The notes under the pieces were generated by a model. It did not search any database. It was not told where the DNA came from and worked only from the letters and a program-made list of their open reading frames with translations. A stretch of DNA of 64,000 nt from a bacterium. Lineage in GTDB: Bacteria; UBA8248. Positions 1 to 13,021 of this stretch are shown piece after piece (positions within the stretch are counted from its first letter, which is position 1; every line of letters begins with the position of its first letter). The stretch is taken from NCBI GenBank assembly GCA_965213685.1, contig CBDBZY010000064.1, positions 1,440,001 through 1,504,000 on the forward strand, in the 5' to 3' direction. The translations under genes and the position numbers were made by a program.

Positions 1-534
1 TACGCGCAAACGTACGTACACGTGCGCCAGTGTAGCACACGGCTAAGTCGGCGTATACGACGGCCTACTCCTACTGCAGGCTTCCTGCATGTGAGGGGCC
101 GTCTCCGTGATCCCGGCCAGCTTTATCAAGGTCTTTTCGCATAGGGGGTTTACCAGCCGAGGAGTGATACTAGCCTGGGAGCGCGGCGCCTCCCCGTGTA
201 ACGCTTAGGAATGCCAGGAGCAAGATAGAGCCTTCTCTCGCGACAACGGCCAGATCCTACGCCCTCCTACCAGCAGCGCAGCAAGGGAAATACACGGTAA
301 ACGTCGATAGCTAAAAGTCGAAGTACGTCTGCCACCGTAGTTGAATAGCTGCCTAGCATACTCCTGGGTCCGCAATTGTAAGGCGGTAATCGAATCGGTG
401 TACATGTATGTTGAGTGTGTATTCAGTGAGATTGTGTGCTCTGCACTGTTTCCATGATTTTGTATGTATGCATTTGCTTTTAGATCAGTTTTTTAATGAT
501 TTCCTGAAGTTCCAAAAATTGAAGCAACTGTTAA

Positions 535-1019
535 CCCTTTCGCTCTCAAAAGTGCGCATTTTTGCGCACTTTCTAAAACAGCGTAAAACTGGAGAATTTA
601 ATATGGAACATTTGATGATGTAATGTCGGCATGCGGGCAATTTACTGATAAAAGACTCCCACGCACCCCTTGAAGTGGCCTCTCGGCACTTGGATATGGC
701 GGTCGGAGCTTTGATGTAGCTTTCATCTCTGCTATTGTATACTTAAAAAAGCAAGAAGCCTAGCAGGCAGTGTGATGAAGTGTCAGGGAGGGCTAGAGGT
801 GGCTGGAGTGAAGTCTGGGCTCTGCACGTAGCCATAAATGGGCCGCGCGGCTTCGATCTGTAGGAATACAAAGATTTGAATTGGTTGCCAGGAGACTTGC
901 GGGCTATGCCGTTGCCATGGAGGTAGCCAGGGACCGGAAGGGCCGGAAGTAAACGGAAATCTAAGAAAGACCGTGTCACGTCGTTCGCTCGTTCAATTGC
1001 GGGAATGCAAGTGAAAGGG
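535..1019. mobile_element. piggyBac-like MITE
   Basis: TTAA at 531-534 and 1020-1023. Termini CCCTTTCGCT...AGTGAAAGGG form an inverted repeat. About 400 bp are shared with 3062-4008. Confidence 0.8.
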
Positions 1020-1063
1020 TTAATAGACCAGTTGTGTATAACGGTTAAGGAATGCATTATTTA

Positions 1064-1834
1064 TAATTGAACGTGACGTCACATTCGGAGTACTTCACGG
1101 ATCGTTCTGGAGTACCAAATGTATGGCGTTCAATGGAGAATCAGGCCGTTTTTAGGCTTCGCGTGCAGCCTGGACATACCGTTTATCCCAACTCAGCGCA
1201 GTTAGTGTGAAACTAGAAAGATTTTCCTTTCTCACATTTTTTCAAAGGAGATCGGTAGCTGTTTTGGCGAGGTAGAACGCGATATATTGACACATCTGTG
1301 CGTACGCTGACATGACTTGTGGTAGCTGTTATCTGTGTCCTAACGCCCGAGCAAGGGATCCTGCTGTCCCTTTTCACCCTTCCCCGTCGAAAGGTCATCT
1401 AAAGCATGAGGTACGACTGCGTGTGCGCCAGTTACTAGGGGGCCACTGAGGTGAAATCGCATTCAAGCTGTTTTCCTGACTGAAACGCAAGCAATGACCG
1501 TGAAAGCAACGTGGGCGATCGGTTTGCCGCTTCCACAAATGAAAGCTTCCTTAAAACCAAACGTGCCAAGCGGAGAGAGTCTAGAACGTAGCTGTCTGCT
1601 CTGCTGAAAGCTCCAGTCTCCAGGGTGGCTAAACGGCTTCCGATCTCCTTCGAACGAACGGTGTTAGAAAGGTAAATCTTTCTAGTTTCACATTACCTGC
1701 GCAGAATTGGGATAAACGGTATATCCAGGCCGCGCGCGAAGCTTGAAAACGGCCTTATTCTCCATTGAACGCCATACATTTGGTACTCCAAGATGATCCG
1801 TGAAGTACTCCGGATGTGACGTCACGTTAAATTA
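1064..1834. mobile_element. MITE/foldback element with about 160-bp terminal inverted repeats
   Basis: About 1064-1223 (aattgaacgtgacgtcacattcggagtacttcacggatc...actagaaagattt) is an imperfect reverse complement of about 1675-1834. Confidence 0.8.
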
Positions 1835-1870
1835 GCGCTCTCATCTACGTTCTTGGTGGCGTAGTAGTCA

Positions 1871-2131
1871 GCGGTAGTTGTATGTGTGAAGTTTGTTGAA
1901 CAGTTATTCACTTGTTCGTCTACTGTTCCATAATAGGTACCTTGTCCCATAATATCTACAATGAGGTACTGAAAGAAATATCCATTTTCAATAACACGGC
2001 ATGAGGTAGTAATTGTGGTACGAGTTCTCTATGCAAAGGTGGTTGTGGGTGCAACGTTTTAGTTTCCTACATACACATGGTAGGTTTTTGTGGGCAGGAT
2101 TGCTTGTGTCTCATAACTGGGTCACTTACCC
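1871..2131 (+). repeat. Dispersed repeat; inverted copy at about 29358-29612
   Basis: The run gtatgtgtgaagtttgttgaacagttattcacttgttc...cataactgggtcacttac recurs as a reverse complement upstream of PP2Ac. Confidence 0.75.
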
Positions 2132-2209
2132 CACGTTTAGATCGCGGTGCGTCTGGTAAAATATATTTTGTACTTGTAGTGTACAGATCTTTACTGACGG
2201 AAAATGTAT

Positions 2210-4730
2210 GAAAAAACCGTGAATCACTCATGGGACGAAATTACATCAGGAAAACCATGAGTCACTCTGACTCATGGGACGATTTTACATCAGAAAAACC
2301 ATGAGTCACTCATGAGGCGATTTTACGTCACTTGATATTCACGTAAATGCACACGCTGTTCACTCGGCTGCTTTGTGACGCCAGGGCGGAGACTGGCTAG
2401 GGGTGACGCAGGGGGCAAGGGCTAAGGGAGGCTAGGCCACTCGGTTTTGTGACGGGGCAGGGGCTAGGAGTAGACTAGTCCCCTCGGTAGGCTAGAAACT
2501 AGTAGCAGCAGGCTAGGACTCGAACGCACAATCATGTAATTGCCCAAGGGCTAGGGGTAGGCTAGAAACTAGCAGCAGTAGGCTAGAACTAGTCTCGTGA
2601 GATAGACCCTCGTAAATCCGAGACTAGGGTAGGACTCGGCCGTTTATCTACGCAGGTGCCGTTTATCCCACCTGATCCCTCGACGTAACGCCGCTTAGCT
2701 TCTTGCGGAAGTTTCTCCACGTAGGGCGAAAGGTTTTCCATGCTGTACACCAGTATGCCCGCAACCGCGTTATGACGTAATCATAAATGACGCAATGAAA
2801 AAGGTCTATATGGGACGATTTTATGTCAGTTGGTAATTGATGATTAGTACAGGGGTAACTCACGTAAAATCTCCCCATATATTAGCCCTCAGCTCTACTC
2901 AGGCCCTATTCTACGCTGGGGCGGGGCAGTGAACTCTGACCTCACGTAAAACGTCCCCATATAAAACGAAGACCTCCTCTTGAGGAACGTTTTATGAGTG
3001 CACCTTGACCTCACGTATACAATTAAATTTAAAACAAATAGTGAATTGTGGAGGGGCATATCCCTTTCGCTCTCAAAAGTGCGCATTTTTGCGCACTTTC
3101 TAAAACAGCGTAAAACTAAAGAAATATGGAACATTTGATGATGTAATGTCGGCATGCGGGCAATTTATTGATAAAAAAATCCCACGCACCCCTTGAAGTG
3201 GCCTCTCGGTACTTGGATGTGGCGGTCGGAGCTTTGATGTAGCTTTCATCTCTGCTATTGTATACTTAAAAAAAGCAAGAAGCCTAGCAGGCAGTGTGAT
3301 GAACTGTCTGGGAGGGCTAGAGGTAGCTGCAGTGAAGTCTGGGCTCTGCACGTAGCCATAAATCGGCCGAGCGGCTTCGATCTGTAGGAATACGGAGATT
3401 TGAATTGGTTGCCAGGAGACATGCGGGGCACGCTGTTACCATGGAGGTAGCCAGGCGACGCCCAGGCGCTAGGCGACGCTTCGACCCGAGGGGTCGGAAG
3501 TAACCAGACATGACGAGTATGTCATGTCTGATAATGCAATACAAGCCCTATTGGAACGCGCTGCAACGGTGGACGCCTCGCCGGCCGGTACGCCATACTT
3601 CCCCTTTAGATGCCTAGGGAACGTTGCTACACTCGCGTCGCCCATGATAGCCCTGCTTAGAACTAGAACAGGGCAGCCACACGTATGTAGCTACTGTAGC
3701 TAGCCGGCCGAAGGTTGTGGACGGCGCGGCAACGCTGCATTTCAAGCGCACGATAAGTCAATTACGCGCTCATTTAATCAAAGCGTGCGTAACTTATAAT
3801 GCAAACGATAATTGTTAACAATTCAAGCAGTGAAAGGACTTATTAGAGACTCATTCTAGGCATAATCATAAACTCTTTCAATAGTAACATTTCCATGTAG
3901 ATTCTTTAGCTGCATCATGTCAATTATAGTGCATTCAATTTCAACATTATTATGTACAGAAACACTGGAAAAAACAGATATTCGTTAGTATTACAAGAAG
4001 TGAAAGGGTTAACGAAGAAAATGCATATCCCTAATGTGTACTGCTATGATTTCTTTCTAGTTCATTGTTAATGGATTCAGTTGCAATACCTTTATTCTAA
4101 CATTATAATGTACAGGAAGAGAGAAATAATCATCAATATCTAGAGAAGCAAAGGGGTTAACGAAAAAATTATATATGCCTATGCACTACTGTCACGAAAA
4201 TGTACCAGCACGTGTAGTTTCATGATCATTGGCATTACGGTTATTGAGTTTCGTTTCTTCAACCTGAATAAGAAGAAGAAATAAGTGATTTGCAGGCTCG
4301 GTTGCCACGCGCAATTCAATTACGCGCTTTCACGCGCATGCACATTTGGTCAGAAAAATAACCACTTGTGAAATATGGGAAATTATTCCGCACCTTGCGT
4401 ATATGAAAATAATGCACGCGGAATATCTAGTGTGTAATAAATAATAGTATTATGAAGAATTACAATATTGTACCATACACAACATACCACCAATTTCTGA
4501 CTAGAGTTCCCTTTTCATCTATTCTTAACACTAAATTCTTCAAATGTGAAATGAAATGCATAGTTCAAGTGAAAACTCAAATTTTCATATGTACAGGGTT
4601 GATGCCGAGTGACCTGTGCAATCCCCATATACACAGTGCTACCGTACTGTGTGATAAATGCACCGAGACCACTCCTTTCCAGGATCGCTTCACGGATACA
4701 CTTTGACCCCACGTAAAACCTCCCCATATA
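2210..4730. repeat. Transposon-end region with a repeated ATGGGACGATTTTAC motif in both orientations
   Basis: The motif occurs at about 2230, 2275, 2312 and 2810 (+), and as CACGTAAAA..CCCCATATA at about 2861, 2943 and 4710. It is interrupted by the 3062-4008 element and by GGCTAG-rich repeats (2390-2640). Confidence 0.5.
3062..4008. mobile_element. piggyBac-like non-autonomous element, second copy
   Basis: Same left end as 535 (CCCTTTCGCTCTCAAAAGTGCGC). Right end is AGTGAAAGGG followed by TTAA. The left TTAA is degenerate (ATAT). Confidence 0.7.
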
Positions 4731-5716
4731 CAGTACAAGCAGGCTTTACTCCAGCCCTGCATTAAGTGTGTACTTTGACCTCTGGTTCTGCACACTTGGC
4801 TGCTGGGTGAGCCCCAACCAATAACGCTACGCATCGGTAGCACTAACCATAAACAGACATTGGGGGTGGGGCTGTTGTACTACTGGTTGGATCCTTTTAT
4901 CTTGGTTTTCTGGGTGCTTCATTTGTTGCTGAATGTCCTCATGGAACCACGGCTGTACGGAGAGTTTTCAACACACAGGAAAATGATAGATATATGATAC
5001 ATATGTATACTTGGCCGTAAGTATATAGCTTGATGGCTAGATTATGCATGGTTCACTTTGCATTGACCTGTTTACCACCAATAACAGAACATATTTTAGC
5101 AATTTCCTTAGCCAACTTTCATGCCAAGTAAACAATTTTCTCCAGGATTTTCATAGTACTTCCTAAAGAAATAGTTGTATGGCTTCAGTTTATTTTGGGC
5201 TTCTATCTATGTATAATATTATTGTTATACATCTGGCACTACAGCTATATGTGGAGCTGTATAAGTTCACTCATCTATTCAGATAATCTAAGGAGTATAC
5301 TTACTACATTCTCACATGAAATGAACCTAAAAGCAAGCAGTTCGTAGTGTTGTAAAGGGTTTCTCAACATTTCTGCGAAGTATTGAGAAAGGTAAAGGTG
5401 CTATCTATTCATAGTGTAGATAATTATCACTAAGTTTTGAAGTGCTAGCAAAAGGTATTGCCCTGCACTGATTTTACATAATTTAATCATTTGTGCCAAG
5501 TTTAATAGTTAATAAACAGCACAAAATGCACCTACATAAAAGCCAAATGAACGCTTGAAGCATTTGCTCTTTAACTCCAGGAGCAGAACCAAGAACAACC
5601 TTTTGCATCATTACTATTGAAGGATATCCCATATTTTGCACTGCTGACTGTGGTACCCCGAGTGCTTTGAACACTTTGAAGAAGAAGGTCTGTAGTAAAC
5701 AGGTATTCCTCCACAT

Positions 5717-6370
5717 ATGCAATGCCTACCTTACAAAAATAGGCTGGTTGAAGGCAATTCCACATTAAACAACATTCCTGACCACAGTAACCACTTCCTA
5801 ATAACTCAAGGTTATGGAGGATACCCAGAGTGTGAAATGTGTTTTGGAGAAAGCAATTTCTTTTGTGCTGATTGTGGTCAGTATCTTTGTAGGGAGTGTA
5901 ATGAATGACATATCACATGCAAATGCCTGGGTTTGGAGTAACTATCAGAATAAAGGGAGATGTAATGAAATTCTTAAGAAATTTTCCTCCTCTTGGCAGT
6001 ACACTGAAGCACATTTAGTTGGAGTATGCCGAAGACAGGATATGTTTGATAAAGCAGATACTGCTGCAACAACAACTTGGGCTTGTTGTGATGTCTGCAT
6101 ATCACAAGGTAATTCTGATGCAGTGTATGAAAATTTTTGAAAGTATTAATTGAAGTAGGATGCAAAGGGAAGTGAAAGTTGCTGAGTGGATACGAGGTTC
6201 CAAGCTGTCCTGGACACAATCATTTAGCAAAACTGTCATGTCATATGGAAATCATATGGGAAAGGATATACAGTTTTGGAGGACATTCATGCGGCAGTGT
6301 CATGTGAGTGGATTGATAAAGCTAGAGCTTCATTCCCTTATTAAAGCACCTTGTAATGGAGTAAAATGAT
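5717..6370 (+). pseudogene. Fragmented Cys-rich ORF with a B-box-like zinc finger, probably a transposon accessory gene
   Basis: CEMCFGESNFFCADCGQYLCREC motif followed by frameshifted fragments. Adjacent and convergent to the transposase remnant. Confidence 0.4.
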
Positions 6371-6784
6371 GCAGTGTTTTGGGTTGTCCTTACATTGTTC
6401 CTGTGTGGGAAAAACGATTGTGCCCAACTCACAATTGTTCACTGGTTAAAAGTGATAAGTGTCCAGTTCAATTTGTGTATATTTATCCAGAGGACAGTAG
6501 GGATAAAAGGAGATAAATTGGTGGAATTGTTAGATGTGAAAAAGGACGCATCATCACAATCATCCTTTGCATGGAGCCGTGAAAATTGCCCAATGTGTTA
6601 AGCAGAGGATCCATGAAGCTGCATGGAACTATTTGTCTTTTCCAGATATTTTGAACTTCATTTCTACTAGTTTACCCACCACATCTGGTCAGCTGTTGGG
6701 TATATACTGCACCACACTCTTACCAATAGATACGGCCTTCTTCTTGTGAGGCTGATCATTATCTCTGCATGATGATTTTCGTTT

Positions 6785-8200
6785 TTATTGAGCACCGGAA
6801 CAAAAGTTGCTGCTTCGATCTGGGGGACCATACTGTGCTGACTTATCGGGATTTGCTGATGATTTCAGTTGCTGTTCTCTCCTTTTTTCTGTGCTGGACC
6901 TTCGTGCAGTTTCATCACTAGCCCTGTATGAAACGCTTGTCCCTTCTTCCACAGCAATGTGTTTGCAGCACATCATTTTATCCACTTTATACTCTGCCAG
7001 TTTAAGAGGCTGTGGAATGTTGTGTGTGCTATTGGAATTTTGTTGTTTTACAGCATTAGTTGTTGTTGGGGCTTTACTTCAATCTCCTGGTTGCATAGGA
7101 GTGAATGCTTGTGAAAGCATCTTTAGGTGGGGAGCCCTTGTCCACCATTGGGCCCAGTATTTTGCTACTGACCATACACACTCTTCATCTATGAAAGTAG
7201 CATCTTTGCTGAAAAGTGACGGGAATATGTTCGGAACTTGTCTAGCAGTATGCACACCACACAGAGTTTCAAAACATACAACAACCTTAATTGAGCTCCT
7301 CAAGTTGGGAATTGTGGATGCTATGTGCAAAAACAATGTTTTTTTCACATTGCTTGTTGCTTGATGACACTATTTTATTGACTACCTGTTGACATGATCC
7401 TACCCAATGCACTTTACATCCTTTCAGTAGTTTCTCTGCCTTCTCTTTACCAATTACAAGATGGAGTCCACTTATCTGTGCATCACTCCAATCCACCACT
7501 ACTCCTATTAGGCTTTCTCATTCCAAAAACTGGGAATTGCAAGCTCTACACTTTTCAAAGATTTTTTGAATGCTATAAGCAGTATGCGGCCAAGTTCAAT
7601 TTATCCATTTGTACTCTCGCTATCACCATCCACTGCATAATAGTATGATTGAAGGCAACAGTATTAAGATATTCTCTTGATTCATCGTATGTAACAATTC
7701 TGGTCATAATTGGAGACATTGTAAAGATATAGTTAATGCTGCTTTCAATCCCTGCAGACACAAGGTATGGGCGGCCACACTGAGTATTCTTATTTTCACC
7801 AGATAGAAGACTATCTTCACCATCAATGCTATCAGCAACAGGTTCAAAATCACAAGGAGACCGTCCCTTGTCATTTATTCCCAGAACACTCTTCCCCTTT
7901 TTCAATTTCCTGGCTATTCTCCCAAGGTGGGAACTGGCACAATCAAACCGCGCATGCGCCGCTATATAGGGGTCCTTCTTCAAACTACCATTCTTGACCA
8001 GTCTATTCAAACTATTGCCTGTGCAGATGAAAGCATTAGAGTTCATCTCCACCTCCTGTTGCATCACCCTCTCTGAAGGTTGCAGCTTGGAATTGCAGAG
8101 GCCTAAACAATGCCCTAGCTGCCTTACATTAGCTGACTCTCATGCACTGGCTATGGCCATTTGAGACTCACAGGTTCCTCAACGTAATTCCCAACATATC
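6785..8200 (-). mobile_element. Degenerate Mutator(MULE)-like DDE transposase
   Basis: Frameshifted fragments: VDWSDAQISGL (second D), LLKGCKVHW (CxxH), WAQWWTRAPHLKML, and APTTTNAV (region of the catalytic E). Stops and frameshifts throughout. Confidence 0.6.
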
Positions 8201-8351
8201 TGGCCTTGCTATTGCTGACAGACAACTAACTTCTGAGTGTAACCTAACCAAGAGGTGTGGTGGAATTGAAATTTTGTGGAACCATCCAGTGAGGAGGCCC
8301 TAGAGGCTTGGGAGATACAAATATGCTCTTATTGGAAATGATATATCTTGC

Positions 8352-8640
8352 TAGCCTCGTTCCCATGCCTTTCCCGTTTTTACGTGCGCTTGGTACACGC
8401 GAAACACAGGAAAAATTCGAAAAACGGGAAAGGCCTGGGACAATCAGTCACGTGAGGTAGACGCGTAGGGCGAGGGCCCCCTACCGTGTCTGTGACAAGC
8501 GCTCTTGCAAACGTGTTGGTTGGCACTCTTGCACTGCCGTGTACTGCATTTGCGACGAGGTTTAATCTACAGGTCCCGGTAAAGCCCCGGACACAGTAGG
8601 GGCCCCTCCCCCTAGGCGTCTACCTCACGTCTACCTCACG
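8352..8640. mobile_element. Left part of a TAG-ended non-autonomous element with internal palindromes
   Basis: TAGCCTCGTTCCC end; cctttcccgtttt/aaaacgggaaagg and cgtgaggtagacg/cgtctacctcacg inverted pairs. The right side abuts the LINE. Confidence 0.55.
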
Positions 8641-10670
8641 AGTTGAAGGAACTTAGCAAAATAAGCCTGGAGGTGATGCTTGACCAAGGGCAGGCCCCGA
8701 GTATGAAGAAAAGATGAAAGGGAAGAAATTGACCCAACAATTTGCAGATGTAGGACTACCCTCGAGTGTCAGTCCTGGGAAAGATGTGAGAAGATGTTTA
8801 AAACAAAGATCCCAAGCGATTCAAGACACTTTTACAATCAACCATCCCTGGTGACCAGCTTCTACACAATGGCAAGGTTATTTCTGACCCTCCATCTATT
8901 ATTGACTGCAGCTGCTCTACAAGATTTAGACCACCTACACTGCTTGTCAAATATGAACTGTGATGGCATGAATTCACCACTGAGGAGATATCGAGGCAGC
9001 ACTGAGGAAGTTGAAACCGATAAAAGCCAGTGGAATCGATGGCCTTCAGTTCAAGCACTTTCAATATGGTGTGCCCCTCCTTATTCTATGGTTAAGGCAG
9101 ATGTTTAGTGCTTTTGTGCACTTGGAATATATTCCACCATGCATTCTCACTGGAGTCATTCAACCCATCTACAAGGGCAAGGAGGGCAAAGACCCCTTAT
9201 GCTGTGATAGCTACAGGGGTATTTCCATAACCTCAGTCTTCATGAAGCTATTTGAGTATGCTTGAGAAAATTATGCCTGTGCTGCAGGAGAACGCTGATC
9301 CTGTCCTAACTTTGACAGCATACAGAGAGAAAATTTCATGTCAAGATGCCATCTTTACCTCAAGACGCCATTCAAAACATTCTGCATAATGGGAACACCA
9401 CCTTTCTGTCTCTCAATGACCTAGAGAAGGCTTTGGACTCAATTGAACACCCTATTCTCCTGCAATCACTCTTCCATGCTAGAGTGAATGTGAAATCGTG
9501 GAGGCTCATCAGGGCTTGGTACAGCAATATCTCAGCTGCAGTCAGATCTGCGTCTTCCATATCCTCCCCCTTCCCTAGCGGGGCGTGCAGCAAGGCTCTG
9601 TTTTGTCACCAAACTTCTTTCTGGTTTTGATGGATGAACTCCTCCAAAAGCTTTGTGAAGAAAACTGTGGTACATCTACCTGTGGACTGTACCTTGGTGG
9701 TGCTGCTCATACCAATGATGTGAGGGCCATTGCATCATCTGTGACTACTGCTGAGACACAGGGAGCACTCATCTCAGAGTTTTCTTTTGAAAATGGTCTC
9801 CAGCTTAACAAGGGCAAGATGAAAATTGTCAAAAAATTGCCCATACAAACCACTCTGACCATGAACAACTTAGAATCAACCATCTCCACCCTACACCAGG
9901 CCAAGTGCTTGGGTTTTCTCTGGTCAAGTACTATGTCAGCTAGACCTAGTATTGAGCACAATATCAACAAAACAAGAAAGCAGTTCTTTGCACTGGGCTC
10001 AACTGGTTGTTCCTGGGATACTCCAACTCTCTCTCAGCAAAGGAGATAGTGAAGACATGTGTCATTCCTACCCTGTTATATGGAGCTGAAAATTGGACCT
10101 TGGATAAAGCCTCCTCTCAATCTTCAAGAAGGGTTTCAAGCTGAGCTAGGGAGAAGAATTCTCAAGCTTTCAAAGTATCATTCTTGATTGTCAATCTTAA
10201 TCGGTCTCTCCTGGCCAACAATGAAAGCAAGACTTCTAAAACAAAAGCTCTGTTTCCTGGGGAAGCTACTCTCAGACGACAGAGACAATATTGCCACCCT
10301 GAGTGACTATTGCATTGCAAAATGTGTATAACACCTCTGTTGTTCAGCAGTGTATTTTCCTAAACTCTGTTCTAGGTACCAATGCCACTGCACATTAGTC
10401 TCGTGTAGCCAGACTCTCCTGCTTGCCAAGAGAGTCTGGCTATGCGAGACTAACTGCACATATCCTTAGCAACCTTGAAAATGTGGAAGCCTCTGTGAAA
10501 TCTCAAGTGAAGTCTATTACATCTGCTGACAGACAGTCTATTCTTCAGGAAGCAGCAAATTATCAGTTGGTTGTGTTAGCATAGGATGTCAATTAATTAA
10601 CTAGCTTCGAGTGTGGGATGCTGCAAGAGACAAGGGCCAATTTTGGACTGGGATTGCACAAGGTGTTTAT
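8640..10670 (+). mobile_element. Degenerate non-LTR retrotransposon (LINE) reverse transcriptase
   Basis: KASGIDGL..PIYKGKEGKDPLCCDSYRGISITS, DLEKALDSIEH, GVQQGSVLSP, AAHTND (degenerate YADD), KCLGFLWS, CVIPTLLYGAENW. Multiple frameshifts and stops. Confidence 0.88.
10396..10452. mobile_element. 57-bp TAG..CTA hairpin element with a 9-bp TSD (AcademH-like)
   Basis: TAGTCTCGTGTAGCCAGACTCT..AGAGTCTGGCTATGCGAGACTA is flanked by ACTGCACAT at 10387-10395 and 10453-10461, inside the LINE. Confidence 0.8.
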
Positions 10671-12004
10671 TAGTCTTGTTCTCAGACCCTCCACTCTCCC
10701 GTTACTAGCTCTACATAATAGTTAGACGCCGAGTCCAGGGAACTATGGTATATAGAAACCCGAAGGCCCTGGGCTGTAGCGTCCCGAGCGCAGCGAGGGC
10801 GCTACTAAGGGCGCGAGGGTTTCTAAGTACACAGCCAAACATAATTGGGCTCGATTCGATGCTGACTGCCGTAAGGCATCGAATAGAGAACGGGATGGAG
10901 CTCGAATCGAGCACTTACGGCCTCGTACCGACACTGGGGTTACATATCGATTCGAGCTGTAAGGCAGACACCGTACATCTGGGACTGCCCCAACTGAACG
11001 TTCCGATACTGTAATTCTGTACCGTATCGCGCACGTTTACGTCCTCCAAATCGGGATTGGCCGTGTACCGTAGATCTATAGTCTCGTGAACCAGACGTAA
11101 TCCCACGGGGAATTACGTCTGGGCACACCTGCCAGGGTTTTGGGCCCTCTGACGGAATGTTATCAGGGCCAATCAGATTGCAGGAAGCGCTTTATTACAT
11201 TCCGCGAAACATTCCTGCCACCGTGCAAGCGTCCCCGTACGCGCATTTTTTATCTGACGCACCCTTTTCGAACTTAGCGTGAGTTCAAGGTTCACAATAA
11301 AGTGTGGGGCGCGCGCGGCCGGCAATGTGTCCCGCAGAAAACGTGATGTGACAGGTGAGCTTTCTGTTTTTTTTTTTTTTTTTACATGGGGGGCAGGAAT
11401 AGGTGGGAGCAGGGGTCCCCCCCCAAATACACACTTGCCAGCTATCGTCACAGTAGTGTATCAAAGCTTTTTGTAGGCTGACGTTTGTTGCTAAATGCCT
11501 CCACTGTTCTTCCTACTCACATGTATAAACGCAAAACTTACACTAAGCACTATTTTTGTTTTGTTATGGTGACTGTGACAAAGTTTTGTGTTTATACGAA
11601 GTAAATGTTAACTAAGTGGACGGGGCATCTAGCCACACCCATATCCGCCTACAAAAAATGTATAAGCACTACAATAGCTGGAAAGTGGGGGGAATGGCCA
11701 CCCCTGCTCCCATCTATTCCTATCCCCATGTAAGAAACAAAACGCACATCACGTTGTCTGCGTTAGGAACGCACTGCCGTGTACTGGGATGGACTACGAG
11801 TTGATGAGGGTCACGTGATATCGCGCAATGCACAGTATACAGTAACAGACGCTGTACATGTACATGTACTAAACGAGGATGGCTAAGTTCGAAAGAGACG
11901 GTAAAAATGGCAGGGTCCAGCCTACTCTCAAGGGCTGCTAGCATGCTAAGAGTGTAGCATCGAGTTCTTGCTTACTGTCACCACATTTTGGTTCTCCTCT
12001 CACG

Positions 12005-12024
12005 TAGCCTCGCTTGCGAGGCTA
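12005..12024. mobile_element. 20-bp TAG..CTA palindrome with a perfect 9-bp TSD
   Basis: TAGCCTCGCTTGCGAGGCTA is flanked by CCTCTCACG at 11996-12004 and 12025-12033. Confidence 0.75.
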
Positions 12025-12694
12025 CCTCTCACGTTGGACGCCTTTTTCACCTGGTCAGTGATTATTCAACTGTCACTGTAACTTGATTTCTATTCAAGAG
12101 ACTTAGTGCTTATTCATTTCACTGCATAAGGTCAATTGTATTCCTCTTCGTCTTCACAACATTCCTTCCCTTGAATTTGTTCCGTCACATATTCACTGAA
12201 TCCCTTCATTTACACAAATCAATCTTACATACCCTGAATGTTGAACTTAGACCTTATGTGATCCGTAAAGAGCGCGAAAGTCAATTGTCAGTCACACAAC
12301 AGAGATAAGAGCTCTACACGGTGTGGAGCTCTTTAATATATCTATGAATCCGTGCGGAGTCGAGCCATGGCAACGAATACAGCACCACAGTGGTTGAAGA
12401 ACACGGGCGTCCTTGATCATTCTAACTATGTGTTATTTCTTCGTGTATACTATACACAATAAATCTGTCTGTAGCACGATGCAGGTATATAAACACGTTT
12501 CACTGAACTTAGCCCCATCTGTACAGCTTGCGCAGTGCGCATTGCGCTATATCACGTGACCCTCATCCACTCGGGTGAACTTAGTCCATCCCCGCCGTGT
12601 ACGGGTGCGCCTACACACTTTATTGTGAACCTTGACCTCACGCTAATTTCTAAGTTCGAAAAGGGTGCGTCAGATAAAAATTCGCTCCCGTACT

Positions 12695-12903
12695 ATGGCT
12701 ACAGCTGCCTTCTCCGAGAGGGCGATTGACTTGGCTATACGCAGAGCAGCGGAGAAGCTCGGATACTCCAAGCTACGTCACCAGCAAGTGAGAGCCGTCA
12801 AAAACTTCGTACAAGGCAACGACGTATTTGTGAGTCTCCCAACCGGGGGCGGGAAGTCTCTATGTTACTGCATCCTTCCTGCTACCTTCGACTCGTTGTT
12901 TGG
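12695..12903 (+). pseudogene. RecQ-like SF2 helicase N-terminal fragment (transposon-borne)
   Basis: AAEKLGYSKLRHQQVRAVKNFVQGNDVFVSLPTGGGKSLCY = RecQ motif 0 plus Walker A. Truncated; no downstream helicase motifs. Confidence 0.75.
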
Positions 12904-13021
12904 AGCTGATGGTCGACACCTTGCACGCTGCATCTTCCTCTCAGACTGCGACAATCAAATTCTTTTTGCGTTTAGGGTTAATTATCATTACGTCACCGCA
13001 TACCGCGCAGATCCCAAAACC

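Noticed and set aside
2210-2330. Short repeated units resembling a CRISPR array
   Set aside because: Degenerate tandem units with no unique spacers, no cas genes, and a eukaryotic context.
6807-7364. 185-aa plus-strand ORF
   Set aside because: Antisense shadow of the minus-strand transposase remnant.
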